Shown here: piece after piece, positions 38,945 to 49,577 of the stretch | Layout: each line of letters starts with the position of its first letter | How positions within the stretch are numbered: position 1 is the stretch's first letter | NCBI GenBank assembly: GCA_017448975.1 | Contig: JAFSKN010000028.1 | Coordinates: 2,035 to 66,034, forward strand | Direction of reading: 5' to 3' | Source of the DNA: Clostridia bacterium | GTDB lineage: Bacteria > Bacillota > Clostridia > Christensenellales > Aristaeellaceae | Length of the DNA stretch: 64,000 nt | Made by a program: the position numbers and the translations under genes | The notes under the pieces: generated by a model | What the model was told of the DNA's origin: nothing | The model's input: only the letters and a program-made list of their open reading frames with translations | Database searches by the model: none

Positions 38945-41900
38945 TCACGGGATCAGCTCATAATCTGTGATCCACAGGTCGAACATATCGGAACGGGGAC
39001 GCGCCTTGCCGTCGATAAACTGATACGCGGGCCGCCGATCCCAGGAAATCAGGCGGAGGATGGCTCCCTCCGCAATGGGCTTTGCCTGGAACAGCGCCTT
39101 TTTGAGCTTCATGACGCCCGTGTGTCCCGTGGACAGGCTGCACAGCTTCACCTTGGGGCTGTAGCGCTCGTCCACCTCCAGCACGGCGTACTCGCTTTTC
39201 AATTTCGGGAACAGGGAGACCGGAGTACCGCAGTGGTCGATCTCAAACCGCGCCTGCTCATGGGGCGGAATGGTTTCCTCCGGCAAACTTCTCTCGATTC
39301 CGCGAAGAACGCGCAGCCGCGCTTCCCGGGTCTTAGGGATATGGGCTTTGGAGAAGTGCGATTCCCCTTCCCGGAATTCCCGGTACATCTTCTATAGCTT
39401 TCCGTTCCCGCCGAACTCCCGGAAGTAATCCAGCCGGATGAGAATTTCGATCACCTGGGAATCCAGGGCGGGATGCAGCTCCATATCGTACAGCAGATCG
39501 GTAAAGCAGGCATAGAAGCCATCGCGCATGGCGTACAGCGCCTCGGCCGCCTTGCGGCTGATGTGCTTTACCGACGTCTATGCGTCGGAAATCGTCCGGG
39601 CTTCATGGTCGATGTAAAAATCCCGGTTATCCTGCCTGAATTTGCAGGGAACGATGCGGATGCCGAAGCCCTTCCGCATTTCTTCCTTGGCAAGGGATAT
39701 GCGGTCTTTGTCTCCCTTGGCGGCATAGCCGGAGAGCAGGGTGGTGTAGTATTCCAGGGGATGATGGGCTTTCAGCCATGCGCCGTAGAGGCTGTCCAGG
39801 GCGACGCAGACGGCATGGCTGGAATTATATAAATAGCTGGTCGCGTCCTCTATGATCCTCCAGACCCTCTCAGCGGCCTCCGGATCGCTCTTGGCCGCAA
39901 AACCCTCCAGAAATCGCTGCTTCAGGGGCAGCACCTTTTCCGGGTGCTTTTTCCCAATGGCCTTGATGGCCGCATAGGATTCCGGCGCAGAAAACCCGGC
40001 GTGCTGAAGCGTTTTCATCAGCTGCTCCTGAAACAGGATGAAGCTGGACGACATTTCCCGGGTCTGGATCAGGGTGTCGAAGGCCGGAATGCCGTAATCA
40101 AAGTGCTTCCGGGCCAGAAAGATGGGCAGCATGGATTTGAAGGCAGGACGTACCGCCGCCACAAAGGCAGCCAGCTCCGTAATGTTTTTCGGCTTGTACT
40201 GCATCACCTTTTCCCGCGTTTTTGGCTGCTCCACCTGGTTCAGCCCCATAGTCAGTCCTTCCGCGTACATACGCCACGTCTCCTTATCCTGGGCTGTGAG
40301 CCGCAAAAGCTCGTTCACATCCGGCTGCTCCATCCCAATGCGTTTGAAAGCTTCGTTATTGGTTTTCACCACTTCCACCAGAAGCAGGTCATTCTTTAGA
40401 TATCCGAACTGCTCCGCCGTCGCGCCGTCGATGAAGGCAGCGTAGACCGTCTTTTTCCTGGTTCCCTTGCTGTTGATGCGGATGATCCCGATTTCCCTGC
40501 GGATGTCCTCCCTGCACAGCAGATAGGCGCAGGGATGCGGGGAAATGGAGTCGATCACGCCCATGTACTGCTCGCTGGCGGCGGCCAATTCCCGGTATTC
40601 CTCCGGGATATAGTCGGAAAGGGCGATTTCCTCGTCGTCCTCCGCATATTTGACCGCTGATTCGTAGGCTTTCAGCTTGTCCCCGATGCTGTTGGCGATA
40701 TCGAAGGAAAGATTGGAAGCCCGGCAGTACATTTTCCAGGCGGAAAGCCGCTTCAGGGTGCCATAGGCGATCATAGGAGCGCTGCGCCACTCTCCTAAAA
40801 CCTCTGCCTGGGCTTCCTCAAAGGCTTCCCGGTTGGCTACGTTCATGTCGATATCCGGCAGGCTGCCGGACAGGATTCTGTCCGCCGAAATGAACCGATC
40901 CGGGAACATTTCCACAGGGATGGCGAAGCGGTCAATGGAGGACAGGCCCAGCAGGGAGTTGGTGTAGTAGCTGGGTGCGCTGCCGCGTCCCGTTTTGGTG
41001 ATGATGCCGCCTTTTTCTACGGAGCGGCGCACCAACTCGTGATCCAGTAGGAAATAATCGCTCATGCCGGTGGAGGTGACCACATCCGTTTCGTATTTCA
41101 CACCTTTCGCACGGACACTCTTTTCTTCCTTCGTCATACCAGCGGTTTGCTGTTCAAAAGCGGCGTTCACCAGATCGAGATACTTATGATTCCGTTCCTC
41201 CTGTGTCAGTTCAGGATAGATGGTGGGCAGCTTTTTGCTCTTGTCGAATTCCACATCCTCGAATGATTCAAAGATGCGGGTATTCTCCATGGCCTCCCGG
41301 ATTTGCGCGTCGGAAAGAACGCCCTGCCGCTGAAAGCGCTGAAACGCTTCCGCGCCGGAGGGATAATCCATATACCAGCCGCCTTCGTCCTCGTAGAGAA
41401 TGTGGTTGGCTTCCAGCCGCTGCTGCCGAAGGGTGGCGTCCCGCGGATGGATATAATGACTGTCGGTTCCCATGATGAGGGGAATGCCGTGTTTCCTGTA
41501 CAGGCCCAGCAAGAATTGGTTGACCTCTCGCTGCTTGTCCGTGTCGTGATACTGCACTTCCTACATGAAGCTGTCCCGAAAGTGCTTTGCGAAACGGAGG
41601 ATCAGGCGTTCCGCCTCCTCCCAGCCGTACTTGAACACCCCGGCAATGCAGGCCGTGGTCACAAACACATCCTGCGGGTCAAGGGCCAAAAGCAAATCCA
41701 GATCGACACGGGGGCGGTAATAGTACCCGCTGATGTTGGCTTCGGAGAGGGCGAAATTCAGGTCGCCGACACCCTTCCGCGTTTTAGCGGCCAGGATGAT
41801 GTGACAGTTGGCGTTATCCTTTTCCCGCCTGTCCTTCACGAAATAGGCTTCGCTCACATACCGCCACCGCAGGCCGTATTTCTTCGCCAGCTCGGAGCAC

Positions 41901-42109
41901 TGCCAGTAATTGCCCTGGGTGCCGTGCTCGCAGGAGGAAAGAATGGTATGCCCCAATTCTACGGCGCGCTTAACGTAATCTTCGTTGGTCACCACGCTGT
42001 CGGTCAGCATCACGTTGCTGTAACAGGAATGCCGGTGATAGCAGGCGTAGGGAATTTCCTTTTCTTCTGACGCTGCGGACAGAGGGACGGGCTTTTCCTA
42101 AAGTGTCAT
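38945..42109 (-). CDS. dnaE: DNA polymerase III alpha subunit (4 in-frame TAGs)
   Basis: 1054 codons once three ORF fragments are joined. PHP domain (YHRHSCYSN..), ..RDSFM[TAG 41561-41563]EVQYHDTD.., pol core, ..TISDA[TAG 39578-39580]TSVKH.., ..GNGKL[TAG 39392-39394]KMYREF. A TAG at codon 4 (42098-42100) applies if the ATG at 42109 behind AAAGGAG is the start. Confidence 0.9.
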
Positions 42110-42115
42110 AACGGA

Positions 42116-42889
42116 TTACTCCTTTATCCCGGAATGAATGATTTCTTCGCCCACAGGACAATGCAGGCGGGTGGAGCAGATGAAACGGCAGAAATAGCCG
42201 GAGGAAGAAACCAACCAATCTTTTTCTTCTTTTATCGCTCGGATCGTCTGATCGATCCAGTCCATGGTTTCATCGTACCGGTCCATGGAAAAGGGCTCGT
42301 CGATGAATGTACCGTAGCGGAACATATTGAACCGCAGCATGGATGGGTATTCTCCGAACCGTTCCTTCACATACGCGGCGTAAGTGTATAGCTGCCGGGT
42401 ATTGGCGAACAGCTCCTTTTTCATGGACTGCATGGACTTGGATTTGTGGTCGATGACGATGATGCCGCCATCACGCCTGTCCCTCAGTACCAGATCAGCG
42501 ATGCCCACAAAGGGATTGCCACGGATATCCAGTTCAAACCTTTCCTCCACGGACAGGATTTCCATATCCTCCCCAAAGCCGTCGAAGGACAGGAAATACT
42601 GCTTCCCTTCCTCAAAGTATTTTCCGGCCAAGCCCCGGGGAAAGGGCGGAAAGTAATGCCTGACCGCCTCGTCGTACTCCGCTTCATACCTGTCCGCCAG
42701 TTCAAAGGACAAGAGCTCCCCTTTTGCCCAGCGCTCCAACAGGCTGTGGCAATGCGAACCGTACTCCGCGTAAGCGTTTTGCTCCTGGGGAACATGATCA
42801 ATGTATTGCAGCTTGAACGCCAAAGAACATTGATCAAATAGCTGCTACTTGCTGAATGACCATTTCATGTCATGCGGTATATCACACAT
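42116..42889 (-). CDS. PD-(D/E)XK nuclease, Cas4/RecB-like with 4-Cys cluster (1 in-frame TAG)
   Basis: MCDIPHDMKWSFSK[TAG 42845-42847]QLFDQCSLAFKLQYI.., IADLV..VIDHKSK, C-terminal CRFICSTRLHC. Confidence 0.75.
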
Positions 42890-42899
42890 ACTACCTCCG

Positions 42900-44690
42900 T
42901 TAAAAGGGATGCGCCGCCTCCGCCATCTGCACTGCGTATTCCGGCAGGCTGTCCGCCCGGGGATTCGGTGGTGTGACGCCCTCCCTGTTCCACGAGAATG
43001 TATTCCTGTCGCCCTTGTCCGCCTGATAGATCCTGCGGCTGTCCGGGCAATAGCAGCACTCGATCAGCCTGCACACGCCGCCTTCCCGGTTTTTCAGCAC
43101 CCGCAGGTTGGGACGCTCCACGACGATGGCGCTGTCCGCCTATCGGATGGTGGCGCTGCTGCCGCCGATGTCATCCTGGCCCAGCTTTTCGCCCTGCTTC
43201 ACCTTGCGGGGATGGGCCACCAGCAGCACATGGACGTGATACCGTGTGGCGAACTTTTTGAGGGCGTTGGCGAACTTGCCCTGGGCTTTTGTTTCCTCGT
43301 CCGAATCGGACAAAGCGGTCATCAGGTTGTCCGCCAGGAACAGCTTGCAGCCGTACCGCCGCGCCGCCATCTGGAAAACCTTCAGGATGCTTTCCGATTG
43401 GTTCACTTCAAAGATTTCCTGGTTGTCAAAGAGATAGAATTTGTCCCGATAGTAATCCATCTACCGTTCCTGCACGGCATACGGCACGGTGGGCACTTTG
43501 ATGCCGCGCACCGGGTCATACCGAAGCCCAATGTATTCCGAACCCGCAGCCTGGAGATTGATCCACTCCTGGAATTTCTCTTTGGTCAGTTCTCCGCTGT
43601 AGGCGCAGACGGAATATCCTTGTTCGATAGCGGTGAGCAGCAGTTGACCGGATAAGACGCTTTTTCCTGCCCCTGGCCGGCCTGTGAATACCGTCATTGC
43701 CCCTTCCGCCTATCCGCCAATCAATTCATCCAGCGCCGGGATCATGGTTTTGATTCGTGGAACGGTGGTAGGATCGTAAGGAACCACATCCGACTACTGA
43801 ATGATTCCCTTGACAGGCACCGGCTGAGCGGCGTCCAAGGTCTCCTGAAGCGTTTCCGGCCCATAATAGAACAGGATTTCGTTGGCGTCCTTGCAGGGTG
43901 TGCCGTCCGGTTTGTCTGGGTATTCCTCCACCACCATACACCGTGCTTCATCCAGCCGCCGCACAGCCTCCCGCACCATTTTTCTGCCCGGCTCGTCGCT
44001 GTCCCCGAACAGGATGATCGTCTGAAACTTCTCCAGCCAGTCCCAGCAATGGTCGATCCAATCCAGATTGGTGCAGCCGCAGGGAACGGACACCGCGTTG
44101 CGGATTCCCACCTCATACAGGGAGAGCGTGTCGATCTGGCCTTCCGTGATGATCAGGGGCTGGGAGAAGGAGCATAAATCCATGCCGAACAGAATGGGCC
44201 GGGTGTTGGAAGCCTGCCACTCCTTTTTCTCCTTGGGCTGGGGCTTGCGCGGCGCCCGGTATTTCACATATTCCTATGTTCCGTCCCGGAAGAAAGGAAA
44301 AACAATGTTGCCCTTTTCATCCGCCCCCAGCCGGAAGGTTTCCAGCGTCGCTTTTGATATCTTCCGTTTCTCAAAGTACAGGATGATTTCTTCTGTCAGC
44401 GGCTTTAGTTCCACATCCGGGAGCGCAAACTGTTTTCTTGGGGAGGCGGCGGGACGGAGAAGCTCCGCCCGCTCGCCAAAGTGTTCCGCCAGGGTCTCGA
44501 ACCGTCCCTTGACCCCGCATCCGCCACGCTTGCACACATACACGCCATCCCGCAGGTTCAGTGCGAAGGTGTACCGGTCATGGCTGTCGCCGCCGTGACA
44601 GAAGGGGCAGTAATCCGGGATGAGCTCGTCCCCGCGCAGCCGGTATGGGGTCAGGTGCGCCGCGGCGAACCTCAGAATGTCAGCCTGCAC
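42900..44690 (-). CDS. bifunctional primase-helicase, T7 gp4-like (5 in-frame TAGs)
   Basis: Zn finger CPFCHGG..CKRGGCG, TOPRIM (ITEGQIDTLS, FGDSDEPG), and helicase Walker A LDELIGG[TAG]AEGAMTVFTGRPGAGKS. TAGs at 44274-76, 43794-96, 43710-12, 43461-63 and 43140-42. Confidence 0.85.
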
Positions 44691-45234
44691 AGGGACACGC
44701 CTCCGAACAGCATTGATAGCGCCGTCCCATTTGAAAAATGCGGCGGGATATCTGGCTTTCGCTCAAGCCCACGGCCTGGCTGATTTCCTTCTAAGAGCAG
44801 CCATCCAGCCGCATAACAAGGATTTCGCAATCTTGGCCGGATAAATCATGCAAGAAACGTTCCGTGTCCACGTCGCCGATCACCTGATCCTCCATCTGCA
44901 CCGCTTCATGCTGCACGGCTGGTACATCCAGGGACAGAATGAACACCTTCCTGATTTCTACCCGGAATCTGCGCTGTGGAATGCTCACGGCCGCCATCCT
45001 GCGCACATACTCTCCCAGGGCGTGGATAACGGCATAATAGCAGTTTTCCGCTTCCTCCAGGGTATCGGCGGCACGGAGCAGGAGCAGCAGCGCCTACCGC
45101 GCTTCCTGGCGTAGATCCTCCGTATTGTCGGGATACCGCCTGCCCGCTTTTTGCTGATACCGGCGCACGAGCCTTTGAATATCCCTCTCATGCTCCTTCA
45201 GGAATTGGGCTTCCTGTTCCATTGTCATGTTCAT
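44680..45234 (-). CDS. sigma-70 family (ECF/phage-type) sigma factor (2 in-frame TAGs)
   Basis: Region-2-like EDLRQEAR[TAG 45094-45096]ALLLL and region-4 HTH LSGQDCEILVMRLDGCS[TAG 44791-44793]KEISQAVGLSESQISRRI. Confidence 0.55.
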
Positions 45235-45247
45235 GCGCTCCCTCCTG

Positions 45248-45613
45248 TCAAATGGGCAGATCGTCTTCGGGTGGGGCGGGCGGAGCAGCCTGCGTCTTTT
45301 GCGCCGGAAGCTCCATGTCCGTGATACTCACCTGAACGGAGGTACGCTCCACACCGTTTTTGTCCAGATAGGGACGGATGACCAGATCGCCCACCACGGT
45401 GATCTTATCGCCCTTGTGCAGGTACTGCATGGCGATCTCGGACAGCCGGCGCCAGGCGCTGCACCGATAGAAATTGGTGATGTATTCGCCCTTGGCGTCC
45501 TTAGTGCGGGTATCCGCCGCCTATGTGAAGGATGCGCAGGGAACGTCGCTCACCTGGGAAAGAACAGGATCAGCCGTCAGACGCCCTGCGGCAGTCAGTT
45601 TGTTTACGCTCAT
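45248..45613 (-). CDS. ssb: single-stranded DNA-binding protein (1 in-frame TAG)
   Basis: OB-fold N-terminus MSVNKLTAAGRLTADPVLSQVSDVPCASFT[TAG 45521-45523]AADTR.. and an acidic tail ..PPEDDLPI. ATGA overlap with the upstream gene. Confidence 0.8.
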
Positions 45614-46641
45614 GCTTCAGCCCCCTTGAATTCGTCATAAATCGCCTGGAGAACCCTTTCGTCAACGATTGCCCGGTAATTGGCGGTGCCGCCGGTAATG
45701 GCCCGCATCCGCTGGGCGATCTTCTCCCTTTCCTCCTGGGTAATATCCGTGCAGCAGGCTTTCATCACCGCGTCCACCTTTTCAGCCAGGGTCCGGGTAT
45801 CCTCCTCTGAAGAAGGCGGTTCAGGGTTCGATTCAGACGGCTCCTTGTTTTGTTGCTTCACTTGCGGCTTTTCCGCCGACGGCGCAGGCGCGTTCTTGTC
45901 CGCGTCGCCCAGCCAGCCCGCGATTTTCGCGCCGGTGTCCGGGGTGATCACGAAATACTGGCCGTCGAACAGGCCGGTACGATCCTTGGTGGCGGCTGCG
46001 GAATGATCCTGGGCCAGCTCAAAGAACACGCTGAACTCGTACTCCAGCCCTTCTCGGAAAATAGGTGCCATACCCACCTTGCGGGGCGCTTTCTTGCCCT
46101 GCCCGTTGTCCTCGATGACGTACTCCGTCTTGGTGCGCAGGGTAGCCGCCACGTGCATGGGGCATTGCAGGATCTTGTCCACCAGCTTATTGTGCAGCGG
46201 GGTCACATCCCGCCAGGCGGTATAGCCGTTGCCGCTGCGTTTGGCGATGTTGGCCTGCATATCCAGCAAGCCGCCCTCGCCGGACCAGGCGTGGGACAGG
46301 GAGTCGATGATCAGGAACTCCACCCCCGCGTCCTCCGCCGCTTCGATGGCTTCCAGATACCTGGCTGCGCTGAACGGCGCTTCCAGGGCGATGGCCAGGT
46401 ATTCTCCGATCCGGGTACCGCCCACCACAGTGCCCACATATAGGCTGCCGGAGCCGTTCTCCGTGTCGATGACGCAGATTTTCTCCCATACCGCCTCATT
46501 GGAGATGCCGGGATGCACCGCCCGAACCTACCCGAAGCCCATGAGCAGGGTGCTCTACGTTTTCCCGCTGCCGGAGCTTCCCGCCACGCCGATCTTGAGG
46601 CGCGCCATCTGCCGTTTCGCTTTGACGATTTGAATAGCCAT
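45610..46641 (-). CDS. RecA-like AAA ATPase (Sak4-type recombination protein) (2 in-frame TAGs)
   Basis: Start after GGAGGG. Walker A GSSGSGKT[TAG 46555-46557]STLLMGFG[TAG 46528-46530]V.., Walker B FLIIDSLS. Confidence 0.7.
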
Positions 46642-46852
46642 TTTCAATCCCTCCATTCATTTTGGCCTTCATAATATAAGAGATGCAATTTTCGCGATTT
46701 CTTGCATCGCCGGCCAAAAATATTTTTTGCACACTCACCGTGAGTCTGCATCTGATGGGCCCCATTATAACAAAGGCGGAAATCCGCCGCAATGTGGAAC
46801 TTTTTTCGCGGAGGAAGTGAAAGTGTCATATGGTAAGCATTTCTTCTCAACG

Positions 46853-46888
46853 AAAAAAAGCCCCGCCCCACAGCTTGTGGAGCGGGAT
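46853..46888 (-). terminator. rho-independent terminator after the hydrolase gene
   Basis: On the minus strand, an ATCCCGCTCCACA/TGTGGGGCGGGGC stem followed by TTTTTTT. Confidence 0.6.
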
Positions 46889-46917
46889 GTAGCTTTCCAA
46901 GAGATCATAAATCTCTT

Positions 46918-47886
46918 TTACCTCACCGGCATATACCGCTCAAGATACGTTTCGATGGCTTCCATCCACTGTCTGTTCACCGTGTCGTCGTTTTGCAGTC
47001 CATGCCCGGAATGGGGCAACTCAAAGTACTGAAAATCCACATTGTTTTCTTCCAGCGCTGCTTTCAGGCGCAGAGAACCAAGATAGGGCTGAACCTTATC
47101 GCAGGTTCCATAAGCGACAACGGAGGGAACAGGATTGCTGCTGACCCATTCCGCGGCAGCAATGGGCTTGACCTTTTCCAGATACGTTTTATCCTGAATC
47201 TCCTGTGCCGTGATTTCAACGCCCGCCATGACGCTGAACATCCCAGCGCAGGCTTCATCGTTCTGATCCAGCCCGTAAATGCCCCAATCTTCCTGATAGA
47301 AGCAGGAGGGACCGACCGCCCCGAACGTCAGGACAACAGGGACAGGCGCTTGGGCGCCGTCACGATAGGTGTAAATCATGGCAAGGCAATGTCCTGCTGA
47401 ACCGCCTGCCATGGTCAGCTTATCAATGTGATACCCGGCCTTTTCAGCTTCCTCGATCACAATTGGAATAGCCGCTTTTATCTCGTTGGACTGAGAAAGG
47501 ACGCTGGCGCTGTTGACATCTGTCCGTAAGGTGTAGTTGATACCGGCGGCCACATAGCCCTTACTGCACAGCCAGGAAAGCATCTCTTTGTCGCCTGCCT
47601 TGTCCCCGGAAGTAAAACCACCAGCATGAAGATAAACCACCAGTCCGTAGCTGGCATGTGTATTGTCCTTCGGCAGATACAAGTCAAACTTGTTCGCTGC
47701 CCCTTCGCCGTAATCAAGATCGGTTTTCCGTGTTCCGATCTCGTCGCTCCACTGGATAGCGTACTGCTTTGCCCAGGCAGGTTTGATGAAGACTTTCGAG
47801 GCTGCTCCGACAATAACAGCCAGAATAAAAACCAGAATTCCCAGCCAAATGGGCACGGCTTTCACCTTCTTCTCTCTTTTGCTCAC
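46918..47886 (-). CDS. alpha/beta hydrolase (esterase/lipase type) with N-terminal TM anchor
   Basis: HGGG-like YLHAGGFTSGD and nucleophile elbow AGGSAGH. Lower GC than neighbours. Confidence 0.75.
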   Translation of the reverse strand: MSKREKKVKAVPIWLGILVFILAVIVGAASKVFIKPAWAKQYAIQWSDEIGTRKTDLDYGEGAANKFDLYLPKDNTHASYGLVVYLHAGGFTSGDKAGDKEMLSWLCSKGYVAAGINYTLRTDVNSASVLSQSNEIKAAIPIVIEEAEKAGYHIDKLTMAGGSAGHCLAMIYTYRDGAQAPVPVVLTFGAVGPSCFYQEDWGIYGLDQNDEACAGMFSVMAGVEITAQEIQDKTYLEKVKPIAAAEWVSSNPVPSVVAYGTCDKVQPYLGSLRLKAALEENNVDFQYFELPHSGHGLQNDDTVNRQWMEAIETYLERYMPVR

Positions 47887-48146
47887 AGGAAATTCCCTCC
47901 AAACAGCATACCGCCCAGCAGCATATTCATGAAAGCCCTGACCGCCAACCGTCCGAGAACAAATCCGATAACGACCAGCGCCGCGATTACAATGATTCGT
48001 TTTGCCTCAATTGACATTTTGCACTCTCCTCCCATTTGATTCTTGACAGATTCAGCACTGTGTGCTATTCTTGATTTGCTAAAACATTTGTTTTAGCGAT
48101 AATGATTGTATCAGCAAGTGGCGCTGTTGTCAATGGGAGGAGCAAA

Positions 48147-48683
48147 ATGGAACAAAAACGCAAAACTGTATCACCGTTCAGCAATGAAGCCAGGAACGCC
48201 TATGTGGTAGAACATATTACGGATTCACTATTGACAAGACTGAAAGAAAAGCCGCTGGCGGATATTGCCATCAGCGAGCTTTGCGATGCGGCGGGGGTCG
48301 GCAGAACGTCCTTTTACCGCAACTTTGAATCCAGAGAGGATATTGTTAGAAAATATATTCGCGGGCTCCTGAACGGCTGGAAGCACAATTGGGATGCCAC
48401 GGGCGAAGAATCTAACGCTAAAATGTACGGAAGCCTGTTTCAGTATTTGAAGGAGAATGCGGATTTATTTCTCATGCTAAAGACACGCGGCTTGATGTAC
48501 CTTTTCCTCGAAGTCTTTATGGAAATCTGGGGGCCAAGGCCGGAATATGAAAACATTTGGGCCTATACTACAGCCTTCATCGCCTATGGAACCTATGGCT
48601 GGATTGAGGAATGGATCAATCGTGGTATGCAGGAATCCGCTGAGACGATGTCGGAGATGCTTTTTTCGCATGGTATGAAGTAA
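48147..48683 (+). CDS. TetR family transcriptional regulator
   Basis: HTH ISELCDAAGVGRTSFYRNFESRED. Start 7 nt after GGGAGGAG. Confidence 0.8.
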   Translation: MEQKRKTVSPFSNEARNAYVVEHITDSLLTRLKEKPLADIAISELCDAAGVGRTSFYRNFESREDIVRKYIRGLLNGWKHNWDATGEESNAKMYGSLFQYLKENADLFLMLKTRGLMYLFLEVFMEIWGPRPEYENIWAYTTAFIAYGTYGWIEEWINRGMQESAETMSEMLFSHGMK

Positions 48684-48786
48684 AATATATCGTTGTTAAA
48701 CCGCAAATATGAAATACATTTTCCTTGTAATTCCTATATGCTTTATGTATAATGGACGTGGAAGAATAATGGGAGGTTGACGTTCG

Positions 48787-49245
48787 ATGCCGAAAAAGAA
48801 AATCACTACGATCAAAGAGCTTCGCGCCGCGCAGAAGCTGTCTCAGGCTGCCTTCGCAAAAACGATAGGCGTAAGCACAGCCTCCGTAACCGCCTATGAA
48901 GCAGGCCGGGTGAATCCCAGCGAGAAGGTTCTGGAAAAGATCAGAGAAGTCTATAACGTGGATTTGTCTCCCAAGCCAGTAAAGAAAGCGAAAGCGGCAA
49001 AGCCTGCCGCAGAAAAGCTCAAGGCACCCAAGGCAAAACGCGCAGGCAAGGCAAAGGCCGAAAAGAGCGCGCCTGCGCAATCAGAAAAGACTGAAATCAT
49101 CATCCAGTCTCCGATGGGCGGAACCATTACGCCGGAGGAAATCATCGCCAGGATCGGGGCTGCCGATAAGATTTATATCCGCGTGGACGAGAACAAAGCC
49201 TATTGGGTAAAGGGCGAGGAGACCGGCAGTATTGATCTGTGGTAA
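48787..49245 (+). CDS. XRE-type HTH protein with Lys/Ala-rich (histone H1-like) linker
   Basis: HTH LSQAAFAKTIGVSTASVTAYEAG, then KPVKKAKAAKPAAEKLKAPKAKRAGKAKAEK and a small C-terminal domain. Confidence 0.65.
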   Translation: MPKKKITTIKELRAAQKLSQAAFAKTIGVSTASVTAYEAGRVNPSEKVLEKIREVYNVDLSPKPVKKAKAAKPAAEKLKAPKAKRAGKAKAEKSAPAQSEKTEIIIQSPMGGTITPEEIIARIGAADKIYIRVDENKAYWVKGEETGSIDLW

Positions 49246-49283
49246 GTAAAAAAACAAAAGAAAAAACAGAAAGGGGCATCACC

Positions 49284-49562
49284 ATGAACAAGCGCGAACT
49301 CATCGAAACAGTATCCTCCAAAGCGGAAATCACAAAGAAAGAAGCTGATGCGGTCGTCAATGCGACCCTGGACGCGATCATTGAAGGACTTGCCTCCGAA
49401 GGCAAGGTGATCATCCCCGGCTTCGGTTCCTTTGAAGTGCGGAACAAGACCGCCCGTGAGGCCCGCAATCCCCGTACTGGCGAAAAGATCAAAATTGCCG
49501 CGAAGAGAGCGCCTGCGTTCAAGCCCGGCAAAGCGATGAAAGACGCCGTGGAAAAGAAATAA
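49284..49562 (+). CDS. hup: HU family DNA-binding protein
   Basis: MNKRELIETVS.., ..FGSFEVRNKTAREARNPRTGEKIKIAAKRAPAFKPGKA. Confidence 0.9.
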   Translation: MNKRELIETVSSKAEITKKEADAVVNATLDAIIEGLASEGKVIIPGFGSFEVRNKTAREARNPRTGEKIKIAAKRAPAFKPGKAMKDAVEKK

Positions 49563-49577
49563 GGAGCGGGCATAGGA

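Noticed and set aside
33186-46641. The fragmented replication and nucleotide-metabolism ORFs might be pseudogenes of a decaying prophage.
   Set aside because: All 29 interruptions are TAG. None is TAA or TGA and there are no frameshifts. Conserved motifs continue in frame after every TAG. RBSs and overlapping start/stop junctions are intact. A cognate CUA-anticodon tRNA is encoded in the same operon.
46642-46917. Track ORFs 46644-46871(-) and 46727-47032(+) as genes upstream of the Sak4-like gene.
   Set aside because: They have implausible composition, no RBS and no similarity. The region more likely holds the promoter or operator of the recoded operon (it contains the inverted repeat ATGCAA-n13-TTGCAT) plus the hydrolase terminator. 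I could not define convincing -35/-10 boxes, so no promoter is reported.
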